From IMG/VR virus record IMGVR_UViG_3300046333_000120: a stretch of 64,000 bases of DNA. One strand, given 5' to 3'. This stretch comes from a virus. The position numbers were made by a program, and so were the translations under genes. The notes under the pieces were generated by a model. The model did not search any database, was not told the origin of the DNA, and was given only the letters and a program-made list of their open reading frames with translations. This document shows, piece by piece, positions 47,158 to 57,235 of this stretch; positions within the stretch are counted from its first letter, which is position 1, and every line of letters begins with the position of its first letter.

Positions 47158-48300
47158 ATGAAAAAAACACAATCATTTAACGAATGGAATTCATCGTTTA
47201 ACGAAAATGATACTATAGCGGCAGATGTTGAAGTAGCATCTACTACAAATGTTGAAATTTCGAAAGATGTTGATACTATTATTAATTCATTAGAAACTTT
47301 AGCAAATGAATTATCTGAAGATTTAAATGCTATGCAACTTGATGAAGCAGAGGCGGTTGATTTTATTAAATCATGGATTATGAGTATTAAGGCAACAAAT
47401 GCACAAAGAAAGGTTAATAAAATTAAAATGAATTCAGTGGATCTTGAATTTGCAGCAAAAAAAGCAGAAGGAGATAAACAATCTGCATTAGAGGATAAAA
47501 GTGAATTGGTAAAGGCTCAATCAAATGAGTTACAGAAAATGGTAAATGATAGATTTTCAGGCAAAGGTTCATTAGTAGATAGTAAATTATCAAAGGCTAA
47601 AATTGAAGGTCAACTTGAAATTATTAAAAGAACATCCGGAATGGAAGATGACCCTGCTCGAAAATCAGATCTTAAAACAAAGATGAAAGAACTTGCAGAT
47701 AAATATAGAGAAGAAGAAGCAGCTATTGCTAAACTAGAAGATGATAATAAAGATGTAATAGAAGCTGAAAAAGAAAGAATTAACAAAGAAGCTGAAAATA
47801 AAAAGAGTAGCAAAACTGATTCTAACCCAGAAGATACCCAAGCCACTAAGGATGCAGAAGATGCTCAAGCAGCTAAGGATGCAGAAGATGCTCAAGCAGC
47901 TAAGGATGCAGAAGATGCTCAAGCAGCTAAGGATCCAAAGGTAAAAGCGCTAGAGGATGAAATTGCTAAGTTAGAACAAGAATTAACAACTGCCGAAAAT
48001 TCTCCAAATAAGAATAAAGAAGGTATATCAGTATTACAAGCTTCAATTGTTGGTAAAAAGAAATCATTAAAAACTTTAAAAGATAAAGTGCAAGATTCTT
48101 TAATTATTCGAGCAAATTCAAATGGATTAAATGAATTAGCGGTAGAAATAGGGTCAAAATTAGATTGGCAAGTTTCTGAAGGAACTGCGTTATATCTTAA
48201 GTATGATGAAATTATTAAAAAAGCAGAATATACAAATACATTAAATGAATCTCGATATAATAATTTAAGTATTAAGGATAGATTCGCAAGATTGTTATAA
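47158..48300 (+). CDS. charged coiled-coil putative internal head protein
   Basis: Leader MKKTQSFNEWNSSFNE; LDE|A and LNE|S sites; late motif at 47114. Confidence 0.55.
   Translation: MKKTQSFNEWNSSFNENDTIAADVEVASTTNVEISKDVDTIINSLETLANELSEDLNAMQLDEAEAVDFIKSWIMSIKATNAQRKVNKIKMNSVDLEFAAKKAEGDKQSALEDKSELVKAQSNELQKMVNDRFSGKGSLVDSKLSKAKIEGQLEIIKRTSGMEDDPARKSDLKTKMKELADKYREEEAAIAKLEDDNKDVIEAEKERINKEAENKKSSKTDSNPEDTQATKDAEDAQAAKDAEDAQAAKDAEDAQAAKDPKVKALEDEIAKLEQELTTAENSPNKNKEGISVLQASIVGKKKSLKTLKDKVQDSLIIRANSNGLNELAVEIGSKLDWQVSEGTALYLKYDEIIKKAEYTNTLNESRYNNLSIKDRFARLL
47828..47934 (+). repeat. 27-bp in-frame tandem repeat (AKDAEDAQA x3 plus partial copies)
   Basis: CTAAGGATGCAGAAGATGCTCAAGCAG at 47846, 47873 and 47900. 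Confidence 0.95.
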
Positions 48301-48798
48301 TCTTTTAGAATTCTTAAGAGCTAATCTCATAAACTCCTGTTGTTGATTCAATAGGAGTTTTTTTATGTGTTCTTGAAAGGCAATAGATGATTTTAAAATC
48401 CTGCCATCTATCATACCTCCGCCTAGTGTGCCATGATAATCAGGGTGTACAAAGTTCTCTACACTGAAATTATTAATATTAGAACGAATGGGTTCACCAG
48501 AGAGTGCGCAGGTCCAATCTATCGTATCGTAGTTTTCATATAATTCCTCCATTTTCATGAAATCGCCAGTAGACCAATCATAATAATATCGATTCTTTGA
48601 TGTTTGGTTCTTATATTTACTAACTTCAAATAAGATTTGTAAAAACTGATCATCTTGGGCTCTTTCCTTTATTAATGGATTTTCCAATAATAATCTACGT
48701 TGTTGTCGTGAGAGACCTTCGTAACATACACCATACCTATTTCTTGGATTTGGTCCACCTGTTCTTTTAATATTTGGATATTTATTATTGTATGCCAT
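48295..48798 (-). CDS. hypothetical protein (167 aa), the only credible minus-strand gene
   Basis: Fills the gap with no competing + ORF; strand composition flips here. Confidence 0.75.
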   Translation of the reverse strand: MAYNNKYPNIKRTGGPNPRNRYGVCYEGLSRQQRRLLLENPLIKERAQDDQFLQILFEVSKYKNQTSKNRYYYDWSTGDFMKMEELYENYDTIDWTCALSGEPIRSNINNFSVENFVHPDYHGTLGGGMIDGRILKSSIAFQEHIKKLLLNQQQEFMRLALKNSKRL

Positions 48799-48864
48799 GT
48801 TATATTTATTTGAAACTTATTATATTCATTTTATATAATATCTATAAAACTAAGCAAAAAATAT

Positions 48865-49815
48865 ATGATTCACAAGTTATTTACTGAGAAATACAGACCT
48901 AAAAATCTTGAAGATTTAATTCTACCTGAAAGAGTAATGTCTAAATTTAAAGATGGACTAACACAAAATATGTTATTGGCAGGAAGCCCTGGAACTGGCA
49001 AAACATCAACAGCAAAGGCAATTGTTCAACAATTTGAATTACCATATCTTTATATTAATGCATCGACAGATACGTCGGTTGATGTTATTCGTACTAGAAT
49101 AACAGACTTCTGTTCTACTATGTCAATATTGGATGATAGAGGAAAATTTAAAGTAGTTATATTAGATGAGGTTGATGGAGTATCTGATCAATTTTTTAAA
49201 GCTTTGCGTGCAACTATGGAAACATTTGCTGCAAACTCTAGATTTATTGCAACTTGTAATTATGTAAATAAAATTCCAGATCCAATTCTTTCAAGATTTG
49301 AAGTAATTAATTTTGATTTTGATAAATCAGAAGAAAGCGAATTAACAAAAAAATATATTAGAAGAGTATATGATATATGTGGAAAGGAAAACATGACAAT
49401 TGAAAAACCAGCATTGGTAGAATTTGTTAAAAGAAACTTTCCAGATTTAAGAAGTACTCTTAATAAATTACAAGGTTACAAAACACAAGGAACTACGAAT
49501 ATTACAGAAACAGATGTAAAGAAATTTAACTCGGTTTATAAAGATGTATTTGAGTTAATTTTCAATGAGATGGACCCTATTACAAATTATAAACATTTAG
49601 TTGGAGAGTATTCAAATAGAGTTGATGATGTTTTACAAACATTAGGAGAAGAATTTATTGAATATATTCAAACTGAAAAACCACAAAATGCTAGACATGT
49701 TCCACAAATTGCAATCTGTGTTGCAGAGCATCAAGCGCAAAGAACGCTTGTAATAGATCCTGTCATCACGTTACTATCCTGTGTTTATAAAATTCAGGAA
49801 ATAGTAAGAGGTTAA
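48865..49815 (+). CDS. clamp loader AAA+ subunit, T4 gp44-like
   Basis: EKYRP, GSPGTGKT, INAS, ILDEVD, SRF and FPDLR motifs. Confidence 0.92.
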   Translation: MIHKLFTEKYRPKNLEDLILPERVMSKFKDGLTQNMLLAGSPGTGKTSTAKAIVQQFELPYLYINASTDTSVDVIRTRITDFCSTMSILDDRGKFKVVILDEVDGVSDQFFKALRATMETFAANSRFIATCNYVNKIPDPILSRFEVINFDFDKSEESELTKKYIRRVYDICGKENMTIEKPALVEFVKRNFPDLRSTLNKLQGYKTQGTTNITETDVKKFNSVYKDVFELIFNEMDPITNYKHLVGEYSNRVDDVLQTLGEEFIEYIQTEKPQNARHVPQIAICVAEHQAQRTLVIDPVITLLSCVYKIQEIVRG

Positions 49816-49829
49816 AAAATAAATTAATA

Positions 49830-49865
49830 AATATTTTCACGGGTCGCCGGAATTGATTATATTTA
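49830..49865 (+). promoter_or_regulatory. putative host-type (early) promoter AATATTTTCA...TATATTTA
   Basis: Shared with 29041-29079 (AATATTTTCA-N14-TGATTA) and partly with 12806-12837; resembles the Bacteroidota -33 TTTG / -7 TAnnTTTG consensus. Confidence 0.4.
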
Positions 49866-49885
49866 CATAAATAAAAAGATACAAT

Positions 49886-51118
49886 ATGAAATTAGGTAAA
49901 CATACTTTGATAATTGATGGAAACTACTTTGTACATAGTAGATTATTTGTCTTGCCACGCCCTAAAGGTGAGCAATTATTAGGTGACAGAGATGGTCAAG
50001 AACAATTCATGCGAAAGCTATGTATTGATTTTGCTAGTGAAGTTCGTAAGATGACTCCATTTGTCGATCAAATAGTAGTTGCAGTAGATTCAAAGTCTTG
50101 GCGTAAAGATTTATTTCCAGCAGCAGAATACAAAGGTACTAGAGTTGCTGATAGTTCTGTTAATTGGGAAAATGTATTTAATGTATACACTGAATTTCAA
50201 GATATTCTTGCAAAATATGGTGTAATTATACATAAAGTGCCAGGCGCAGAAGCAGATGATATTCTATTTGGATGGTCGACTCAATTAAATAATGAAGGTA
50301 AGAATTGTATAGTGTGGACAGGAGACCGAGATTTAATTCAATTGGTTAATTATAATAATGTAACCGATTCATACACTCTATGGTACTATAATTCTCAAAG
50401 AAAATTATTAGCGTTTGAAGGATTTGAAGATCTTTTAAAAGGTAATAATGATACGTTAATTAGTAATGATGACCTATTATTTAATATGTCTTCTAATGAA
50501 GTAATGGGAGATAAACTTAAATCAGATTTTGTATCATGGATTTCTAAGAATACTGTTAAGATTGAAGAAATTAATTGTGATGATTTTATATTTTCTAAAA
50601 TACTGCAAGGTGATAAGAGTGATAATATAAGATCAGTTGTTACATGGACTAAAAGAACATCAACAGGTTCTATTCGTAACTACTCGATCACTGAAAAACA
50701 TGCCACACAAATACTAGAAAAGTACAGAGAAACTGAAGGTAATTTTCATATCGATCATTTCTTTTCAGCAAATCAAGTAGATATTATTGTAAACTTAATT
50801 CATGAAATTGTAGGTAAATCTACAACAGAAGAAATTCGTATTGCATTCAATCAAAATTTAGATCTAATGTTATTGCATTTTAATACAATACCTGCATCTA
50901 TTCAGAAATGTATTTACAAGGAAATAGACAATGATTTTAATGTATGTACTCAACTTATTAATCTTGTACAGATGGAAAGAATTCTTGAAGGAACTTCATG
51001 GAATACATCAACCAAAAAAGGTAATAGTGCACCAAAATCCTATGATGTTTTTTCTACACTAAATTTAGATGAAATTTCAAAAGAACCAGCCACAAAAAAA
51101 CTAAATACATTATTTTAA
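49886..51118 (+). CDS. 5'-3' exonuclease / T4 RNase H-like
   Basis: IIDGN, SWRK...YKGTR, EADD, TGDRDLIQL and GDKSDNI motifs. Confidence 0.9.
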   Translation: MKLGKHTLIIDGNYFVHSRLFVLPRPKGEQLLGDRDGQEQFMRKLCIDFASEVRKMTPFVDQIVVAVDSKSWRKDLFPAAEYKGTRVADSSVNWENVFNVYTEFQDILAKYGVIIHKVPGAEADDILFGWSTQLNNEGKNCIVWTGDRDLIQLVNYNNVTDSYTLWYYNSQRKLLAFEGFEDLLKGNNDTLISNDDLLFNMSSNEVMGDKLKSDFVSWISKNTVKIEEINCDDFIFSKILQGDKSDNIRSVVTWTKRTSTGSIRNYSITEKHATQILEKYRETEGNFHIDHFFSANQVDIIVNLIHEIVGKSTTEEIRIAFNQNLDLMLLHFNTIPASIQKCIYKEIDNDFNVCTQLINLVQMERILEGTSWNTSTKKGNSAPKSYDVFSTLNLDEISKEPATKKLNTLF

Positions 51119-51150
51119 TAAACAAATATTAAATAATCCATATAATTAAC

Positions 51151-51579
51151 ATGTTAGACGAAACTAAACTATTTGATTTTATTAAAATACTTTTTACAAA
51201 ACCGAATGATTACAAAAATATAACAAATCATAATAAAAGAAGACATCATTTTATGATTAATAGATTTTTTGCAATTAAGTTTCCTGCAAATGCACAATTA
51301 TTTAATAAGAATGGAATAAATCCCATTGCAGTTATTGATAGTTGGGCTCTGGTTGGATCTAGATTTAAAGGAGTTCCTGGTTGGATTTATACCAAAACAA
51401 AAAAACCAGTAGTTACGCCTTCTTCGAAAAGCAAATATATACCATCAGAAACCGCAATTCAATTCTTTATGGAAAAGAATGAAATCGGTAAGAGAGAATT
51501 TAAAGAACTTGAAAAATTTGCTAAAGAAGACTTATATGCTAATTTAAAAAGGCTAGAAGATTCAATGCAAGTTTACTAA
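51151..51579 (+). CDS. possible clamp loader small subunit (gp62-like)
   Basis: 142 aa with FMINRFF and W..K motifs reminiscent of gp62; near gp44. Confidence 0.45.
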   Translation: MLDETKLFDFIKILFTKPNDYKNITNHNKRRHHFMINRFFAIKFPANAQLFNKNGINPIAVIDSWALVGSRFKGVPGWIYTKTKKPVVTPSSKSKYIPSETAIQFFMEKNEIGKREFKELEKFAKEDLYANLKRLEDSMQVY

Positions 51580-51591
51580 TAATGTAAATTT

Positions 51592-52248
51592 ATGCAAACA
51601 TACGATTTAAGTCTAGTGCCAACTGCAGTAGATGTTACACTACACAAATATAATTATATCGATAATAAATTATGGACTCAAATCCATAATGAAATTGATT
51701 TTATACAAAATCCAGATGGTTCTATAATGACATCAACTAATCAAATAAGAACTATATTGGATAGACATTATATTAATATTATTAATAAAATTAAAACAGT
51801 AGGTTCTGAGGTTATCTATAAGGAAATAAATAGTGTTTATTTCCTATATCAGATGGTTTTGGAAATGGAAAATCTCCAGTATATTAAGTTCAATCTAAAT
51901 ATGGATAAGAGTTATAATAGGTTAGTTGAATCGGATGGAAGTAAAATGTTACAATTTGGATTTAAAGTGCTTACAGCAACCATAAGGCTTTCTGATATTT
52001 ATGAAGATGACGAACTTGAATTAGTTAATACCGTTTTAAATAAAATAGGAATATTTAAAAATAATCAAAACTACACAAGAATATTCGCAAAGGATTTAGC
52101 AGATGCGATAGATTCACATTTAATATTGTTAGAAGAAAGTACAGAAAACGAACTAGAAGAAGATTCAATTATCACAGATATTTTAGATATTCTTGAAACT
52201 AAATTAGAACCTGAAAATTCATTAATACTTTTGATAACAGACTACTAG
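51592..52248 (+). CDS. hypothetical protein (218 aa)
   Basis: ORF only. Confidence 0.6.
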   Translation: MQTYDLSLVPTAVDVTLHKYNYIDNKLWTQIHNEIDFIQNPDGSIMTSTNQIRTILDRHYINIINKIKTVGSEVIYKEINSVYFLYQMVLEMENLQYIKFNLNMDKSYNRLVESDGSKMLQFGFKVLTATIRLSDIYEDDELELVNTVLNKIGIFKNNQNYTRIFAKDLADAIDSHLILLEESTENELEEDSIITDILDILETKLEPENSLILLITDY

Positions 52249-52286
52249 ATTTTTCGAATATATAGTATAGAAAAATAACTATATTA

Positions 52287-52694
52287 ATGAAATTTTTTAG
52301 TAACTTTGGAAAAAGAGAAGGTCTAGTATACATAATAGTATTATTATGGATTACAATGGGACTTCTAGGAGCATACAAAAACGCAAGCTTCTCAGACCTT
52401 GCGATTTATTTTGGGTCTTTAACTGCATATGCAGCCACATATATTTGGGCAGAAGCAAAAAGACCAAGTGCAAAATCAAGAATATTTGCAAAAGGTCCAA
52501 ACTCTCGCAGAGAAGTAATGATATATGTTGTCGTTATTATTTGGGCAATGGCAGGCGCTGGGGCTATTTGGTTTAAAGCAAATATTGGAGAACTTGCACT
52601 TTACTTTGTTTCATTAACAGGATTTGTTGCATCTTGGATTGCAGGAGAAGTTTATACTCCACAAGACGAGGTTAATAAAAATAAAGAGGTATAA
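52287..52694 (+). CDS. 4-TM membrane protein with internal duplication (holin candidate)
   Basis: Two copies of RExxxYxxVxxW...LAxYFxSLT...(W/Y)IxxE. Confidence 0.55.
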   Translation: MKFFSNFGKREGLVYIIVLLWITMGLLGAYKNASFSDLAIYFGSLTAYAATYIWAEAKRPSAKSRIFAKGPNSRREVMIYVVVIIWAMAGAGAIWFKANIGELALYFVSLTGFVASWIAGEVYTPQDEVNKNKEV

Positions 52695-54655
52695 TGATAA
52701 CAGGATATACTGCAAATGCGTATGGTGATTACTTAATAGCATCATTACAAGAACCAATCGCTAATATACCTAATATATTAGATTGGGAAATTATGGTAGG
52801 TCTTAAGACACCAACAATGACAGGTACTATTTCTTGTGTAGCAGGAAGTAATTTTATACATGGTGATTTAACCCAATTTACACAATCATTTATTATTGGA
52901 GATTCTATAATTATTGGAAATATTTCATATGAAATATTTGAAGTAGTTTCAGCAAATGAAATAACATTAACTGAACAGTTTCCAATAACAGTAAATGCTG
53001 TCCAATATTATAAAGAACCTAATTCTATTAATTTCTTTGAATATGAATATAGATGGTCTCAGACTAATACTATATTTTCACAATTTAATCCATTAAATAA
53101 TGGAACTTCGTATGGCGATTTAAAGGCAATTAACTTCGATATAACAAAACCAGTTTGGATAGATGTAAAACTAGAAGTTGCTGGTTTATCACCAGGAAAT
53201 TCACTTACACTTCTTTCGGTAGATTACATGTATGATGCAGGAGAAGGTCAAGTAGTATCTTGTCCAAATTTTTGTGTTGAATGCACTGATCCATTTGCAA
53301 TGAATGGTTGTGCTAATATTCAAGTTTCATGTACTGAAAATACATTTAATCCATATGCTCTTACTAAATCAGTAAGTATCTACAAACAACTTCAAAATAT
53401 TGTAACTGGAATTTTTGGCCATGAAGTTAATTATTTTAGAACAGAACCAGATACAAGAACAAGTGATGTTATCTTAATGGAATATTCATTATATAATGTA
53501 GTGGATAATCAAACAGTAAAGGTATTAGTACCCGATAACGAATTTCCAACAGAGGCAAATACGTATGATATATTTGGAATAGAACTTGCAGATTTTGAAG
53601 TACATATTACTGCAGCAGAATTTGAATCTAGATTTGGTCTTGGAAAAACTCCAAGAAATAAAGATTATATGTTTATTCCAATAATTAATAGAATGTATGA
53701 GATTAGTTCAGTTTCTTTAGCAGATGAATTTAATAGATCTCATTCATACTGGAGAGTTAAACTTGTTAAATATCAAGATAGAAGCGACGTTATTAAAGGA
53801 CAGTTTGATATGGCAACTGATGTATTAGTTACTGGAATTGAAGAAATATTTGGAGAAAAGATTCAAGAAGAATACACTAAAAATTTAAAAGAAGATCAAT
53901 TCCAAACGTTATCTTCATCATATAGGGATGGTATCAGAGAATTTGTTAATAGAAGATTAAAAATTATAGATTATGATTTAAAAAACAGATGGACAGTTGT
54001 TAGTAAAAATTACTATGACTTTACTGAAATGAACTTAAATGAAATAGCATTATTTTATGGTACACGTTCTAAAGTTGAATTAAATAAAAACGCAGCGTTT
54101 ACTGGATGGTTTTCTCCAAAATTTGCTTTAACATCAAATATAGATTATTATTTATTTGGAGATAACGATGCGATAAATGGATTCAAATTAACTTTAAGTA
54201 ATACCGAATTTAAATTAAATGTTAATGGAATAACTGAAGTATTTACACATGGAATTACATTAGATAAAAATAAATGGTATGCCTATATTGTAAATATTAA
54301 TAATGCGTTCATGCAATTAGAGATTAATATCTATAGTTTAGATCCTAATAGTAATCTCATTACACAAGTAGGTGGTTCTAATATAATGCCTCAATTATCT
54401 TCAAATAACCTGGTACCTGAGTTTCATGAAAATAGACTAATGACATTCCAAATTGCATGGGAATCATCATCAAATTATACATTAAGAGCAAATGACATGC
54501 TTATGACAAACATCAGAGTATTTAATACTCCAATAGAGTTTGAACAACATTCAAATGTATTAAATCAATATGTTGTTAGAGATAATCAATTAGCAACAAT
54601 TATTGATAATGCAATTCCGTCATTAGGTTTTCAAAAATATTCTAACGCTAGATAA
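52694..54655 (+). CDS. neck protein (gp14-like core) with added N- and C-terminal domains
   Basis: Central FGHEVNYF...D.IL.EY...FGI...F...P...D...IP..NRMYEI pattern; C-terminal LamG-like region. Confidence 0.6.
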   Translation: MITGYTANAYGDYLIASLQEPIANIPNILDWEIMVGLKTPTMTGTISCVAGSNFIHGDLTQFTQSFIIGDSIIIGNISYEIFEVVSANEITLTEQFPITVNAVQYYKEPNSINFFEYEYRWSQTNTIFSQFNPLNNGTSYGDLKAINFDITKPVWIDVKLEVAGLSPGNSLTLLSVDYMYDAGEGQVVSCPNFCVECTDPFAMNGCANIQVSCTENTFNPYALTKSVSIYKQLQNIVTGIFGHEVNYFRTEPDTRTSDVILMEYSLYNVVDNQTVKVLVPDNEFPTEANTYDIFGIELADFEVHITAAEFESRFGLGKTPRNKDYMFIPIINRMYEISSVSLADEFNRSHSYWRVKLVKYQDRSDVIKGQFDMATDVLVTGIEEIFGEKIQEEYTKNLKEDQFQTLSSSYRDGIREFVNRRLKIIDYDLKNRWTVVSKNYYDFTEMNLNEIALFYGTRSKVELNKNAAFTGWFSPKFALTSNIDYYLFGDNDAINGFKLTLSNTEFKLNVNGITEVFTHGITLDKNKWYAYIVNINNAFMQLEINIYSLDPNSNLITQVGGSNIMPQLSSNNLVPEFHENRLMTFQIAWESSSNYTLRANDMLMTNIRVFNTPIEFEQHSNVLNQYVVRDNQLATIIDNAIPSLGFQKYSNAR

Positions 54656-54691
54656 TTTAGATAAATATAATATCTAATAAAACTAGTAAAT

Positions 54692-55339
54692 ATGTCAGAA
54701 AAGAAGAGTATAAAAGAACAGGCTGAAGATATAAGAAGAGATCTTGATGAATTAATCGGCAATGATAATTCAAAGGAAATTTCAGATGTTATTGAAACAG
54801 ATCCACAACTTCCTGCAAAAAGGCAAGAATCTTATATGTCATTTAGTGAACTTAAAGAAAATTCTACTAAAAAAGCAAAGAAAACTATTTCCGCCTTAAT
54901 GAAATTTTATCTTGATGAAGATATTATAGAAAGAGATGAGTATATTCAAGCCAAAAAGAAAATGGACGAAATGACAATGAGTTCATTAGTTTATCAATTA
55001 CAGGCAGGAGAACGCGCACTAACAACCTTGTTAGAAGCAATAGAAGATGGTGAAGTTGCGCCTAGAATGTTTGAAGTTCTTGCAACGTTACAAAAATCAA
55101 TGCTAGATATTATTAAATCCCAAACAATGTATTTAATGGCAACTGAAGAAAGTGCCAAGAGAATTGCAAGAGATATTGAAATTTATAGAAAGCGAGATGA
55201 CGTTAGAGAAATTGAGATTTCTGGAGGAGATTCAACTTCTGGAAATATGCAACGAGGAACTAAGGATTTAATGCGAATGATTAGAGCGGGTATTGACGAT
55301 AATGAGCATAACATTGAAGATGTTGAAATAACAGAATAA
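54692..55339 (+). CDS. probable terminase small subunit
   Basis: Helical protein with PRMFEVLATL and GTKDLM motifs, directly upstream of terL. Confidence 0.65.
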   Translation: MSEKKSIKEQAEDIRRDLDELIGNDNSKEISDVIETDPQLPAKRQESYMSFSELKENSTKKAKKTISALMKFYLDEDIIERDEYIQAKKKMDEMTMSSLVYQLQAGERALTTLLEAIEDGEVAPRMFEVLATLQKSMLDIIKSQTMYLMATEESAKRIARDIEIYRKRDDVREIEISGGDSTSGNMQRGTKDLMRMIRAGIDDNEHNIEDVEITE

Positions 55340-55340
55340 T

Positions 55341-57173
55341 ATGGCAAACGACAATTACGTGGGTGATAATAAATGGATCCCCTCCGGAGAATCTGACAAA
55401 GATGCACAAAAACTAGTATGGTCTACAAAATCAGTAAATGATTTGGTGGTAGCACTTGATAAAGGATATAGACCTCAGGTAAGTATGCCATTTTATGAAG
55501 GTAAACAATTTCTAAGAAGAGGAAATATTGTATTTGAATATACTAATGCTGAAATATCCGAAATAGCGAAATGTGCAAACGATATTGTATATTTTGCAGA
55601 AAAGTATGCAGTAGTAATGACGGATAATGGTATTCAAAGGGTTATACTTAGGGAATACCAAAAACAATTGCTTAGAGATTTTCAAAATAATAGATTTAAT
55701 ATTGTTTTGGCATCTAGGCAAATGGGTAAAACAGTAACTGCCAGTATTTTTAATGCATGGTATCTTACATTTAATTATGATAAAACAACGTTGCTTTTGG
55801 CAAATAAGGCAGAATCAACCAAGGAGATTATCGATAAAGCAAAGGTTGTTATTGAGCATCTTCCATTTTTCATGAAGCCTGGAATTCTTAAATACGATGT
55901 TATGAATGTTAGAGGAGATAATGGATGTCGTTTAGTAGGTCAATCAACAACTGCAAAATCAGGTATTGGTTTTACTATTCATAATTTATATCTTGATGAG
56001 TTTGCTCACGTACATCCTACTATTGTTGATGCATTTTATGAAAACGTTTATCCTACTCTTTCTGCATCAAAAATTTCAAGGATAAATATTACATCTACAC
56101 CAAATGGATTTAATAAGTTTTACGAAATTTATGCAGATGCCGAAAAGGGAAATAACGAATATACTCCAACTAGAATTGATTGGTGGCAACATCCTGATAG
56201 AGACGATGCCTGGTATAAAAGAGAACTTGGAAATTTAGGTTCGGAAGATGCATTTAATAGACAATACGGAAATGAATTTACAAGTTCATCTAGTTTATTA
56301 TTGAGTCCAGGTACAATGAAAAATATTAGGAAGAATGCAAAGAAATTTGAATTTTACGATTTAGAAGAATTTGAAAATATACATATTGCTACTGAAGGAT
56401 TTTTATCATTTGACCCTGATTTTGATGTTGAAAGCGCATCGAATTCTGACAAGTATTACTTATTTTCAGTGGATATTGCCGAAGGTAATGGAGGAGATTA
56501 CTCTGTTATCAACGTGTTTGAAGTAGATGCAATGGAAGATATTGATATTGAAAATTCAATAAGTCCAGGGGCAATGTATGATTTTTTTAAATTAAATCAA
56601 GTTGCAGTATTTAGAAGTAATGAGCATCCTATTGAGGATTTTGCAAAAGTACTATATACATTAGCACTAGATATTTTCAATCCTGAGAACGTTAAGATGA
56701 TTATAGAGTACAATACGTATGGAAGTATATTATTACAGTACTTAAGCACTGTGTTTCCAGGGCGTAATGAATTTGAAGATGAGATGGTACTTAGATTTAA
56801 ACATAGACATGATTCAAAGGTATTAAAACCCGGAATTAGATTAAAATCAGATAATAAGTCAGTTTTCTGCCAAAACTTTAAAAAACTCATTGAAACAAAT
56901 AGAATTAAAGTAAATGATATAATAACAGTCCAGGAGGCAAGTTTATTTGGTACTTTAAGAAATGGAAGTTATGGCGCGCAAATGGGAAATGATGATACAA
57001 TAATGACATGTATTACTGCAACTGAATTTTTAGGAACAAGTGATTATGCTGATTATGTTGAAGAATTATTAGATATTATAGATCCTGAGAAGCATCTATT
57101 AATGGAAAGAATACTTTATAAAGATAACGATATTCAAGGAGATCTCCAATACGATATCTACGATTTGCTTTAA
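55341..57173 (+). CDS. terL: terminase large subunit, T4 gp17-like
   Basis: LREYQ, SRQMGKT, LDEFAH, TSTPNG, VDIAEG and NDDTIM motifs. Confidence 0.93.
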   Translation: MANDNYVGDNKWIPSGESDKDAQKLVWSTKSVNDLVVALDKGYRPQVSMPFYEGKQFLRRGNIVFEYTNAEISEIAKCANDIVYFAEKYAVVMTDNGIQRVILREYQKQLLRDFQNNRFNIVLASRQMGKTVTASIFNAWYLTFNYDKTTLLLANKAESTKEIIDKAKVVIEHLPFFMKPGILKYDVMNVRGDNGCRLVGQSTTAKSGIGFTIHNLYLDEFAHVHPTIVDAFYENVYPTLSASKISRINITSTPNGFNKFYEIYADAEKGNNEYTPTRIDWWQHPDRDDAWYKRELGNLGSEDAFNRQYGNEFTSSSSLLLSPGTMKNIRKNAKKFEFYDLEEFENIHIATEGFLSFDPDFDVESASNSDKYYLFSVDIAEGNGGDYSVINVFEVDAMEDIDIENSISPGAMYDFFKLNQVAVFRSNEHPIEDFAKVLYTLALDIFNPENVKMIIEYNTYGSILLQYLSTVFPGRNEFEDEMVLRFKHRHDSKVLKPGIRLKSDNKSVFCQNFKKLIETNRIKVNDIITVQEASLFGTLRNGSYGAQMGNDDTIMTCITATEFLGTSDYADYVEELLDIIDPEKHLLMERILYKDNDIQGDLQYDIYDLL

Positions 57174-57235
57174 AATACGTAAATAATCACAATTAAAATA
57201 GATATATAATAAAAGAAAAAAATACAATTAAAATT

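Noticed and set aside
47828-47934. 27-bp repeats as a mini-CRISPR
   Set aside because: The repeats are directly adjacent with no spacers and encode an in-frame low-complexity linker.
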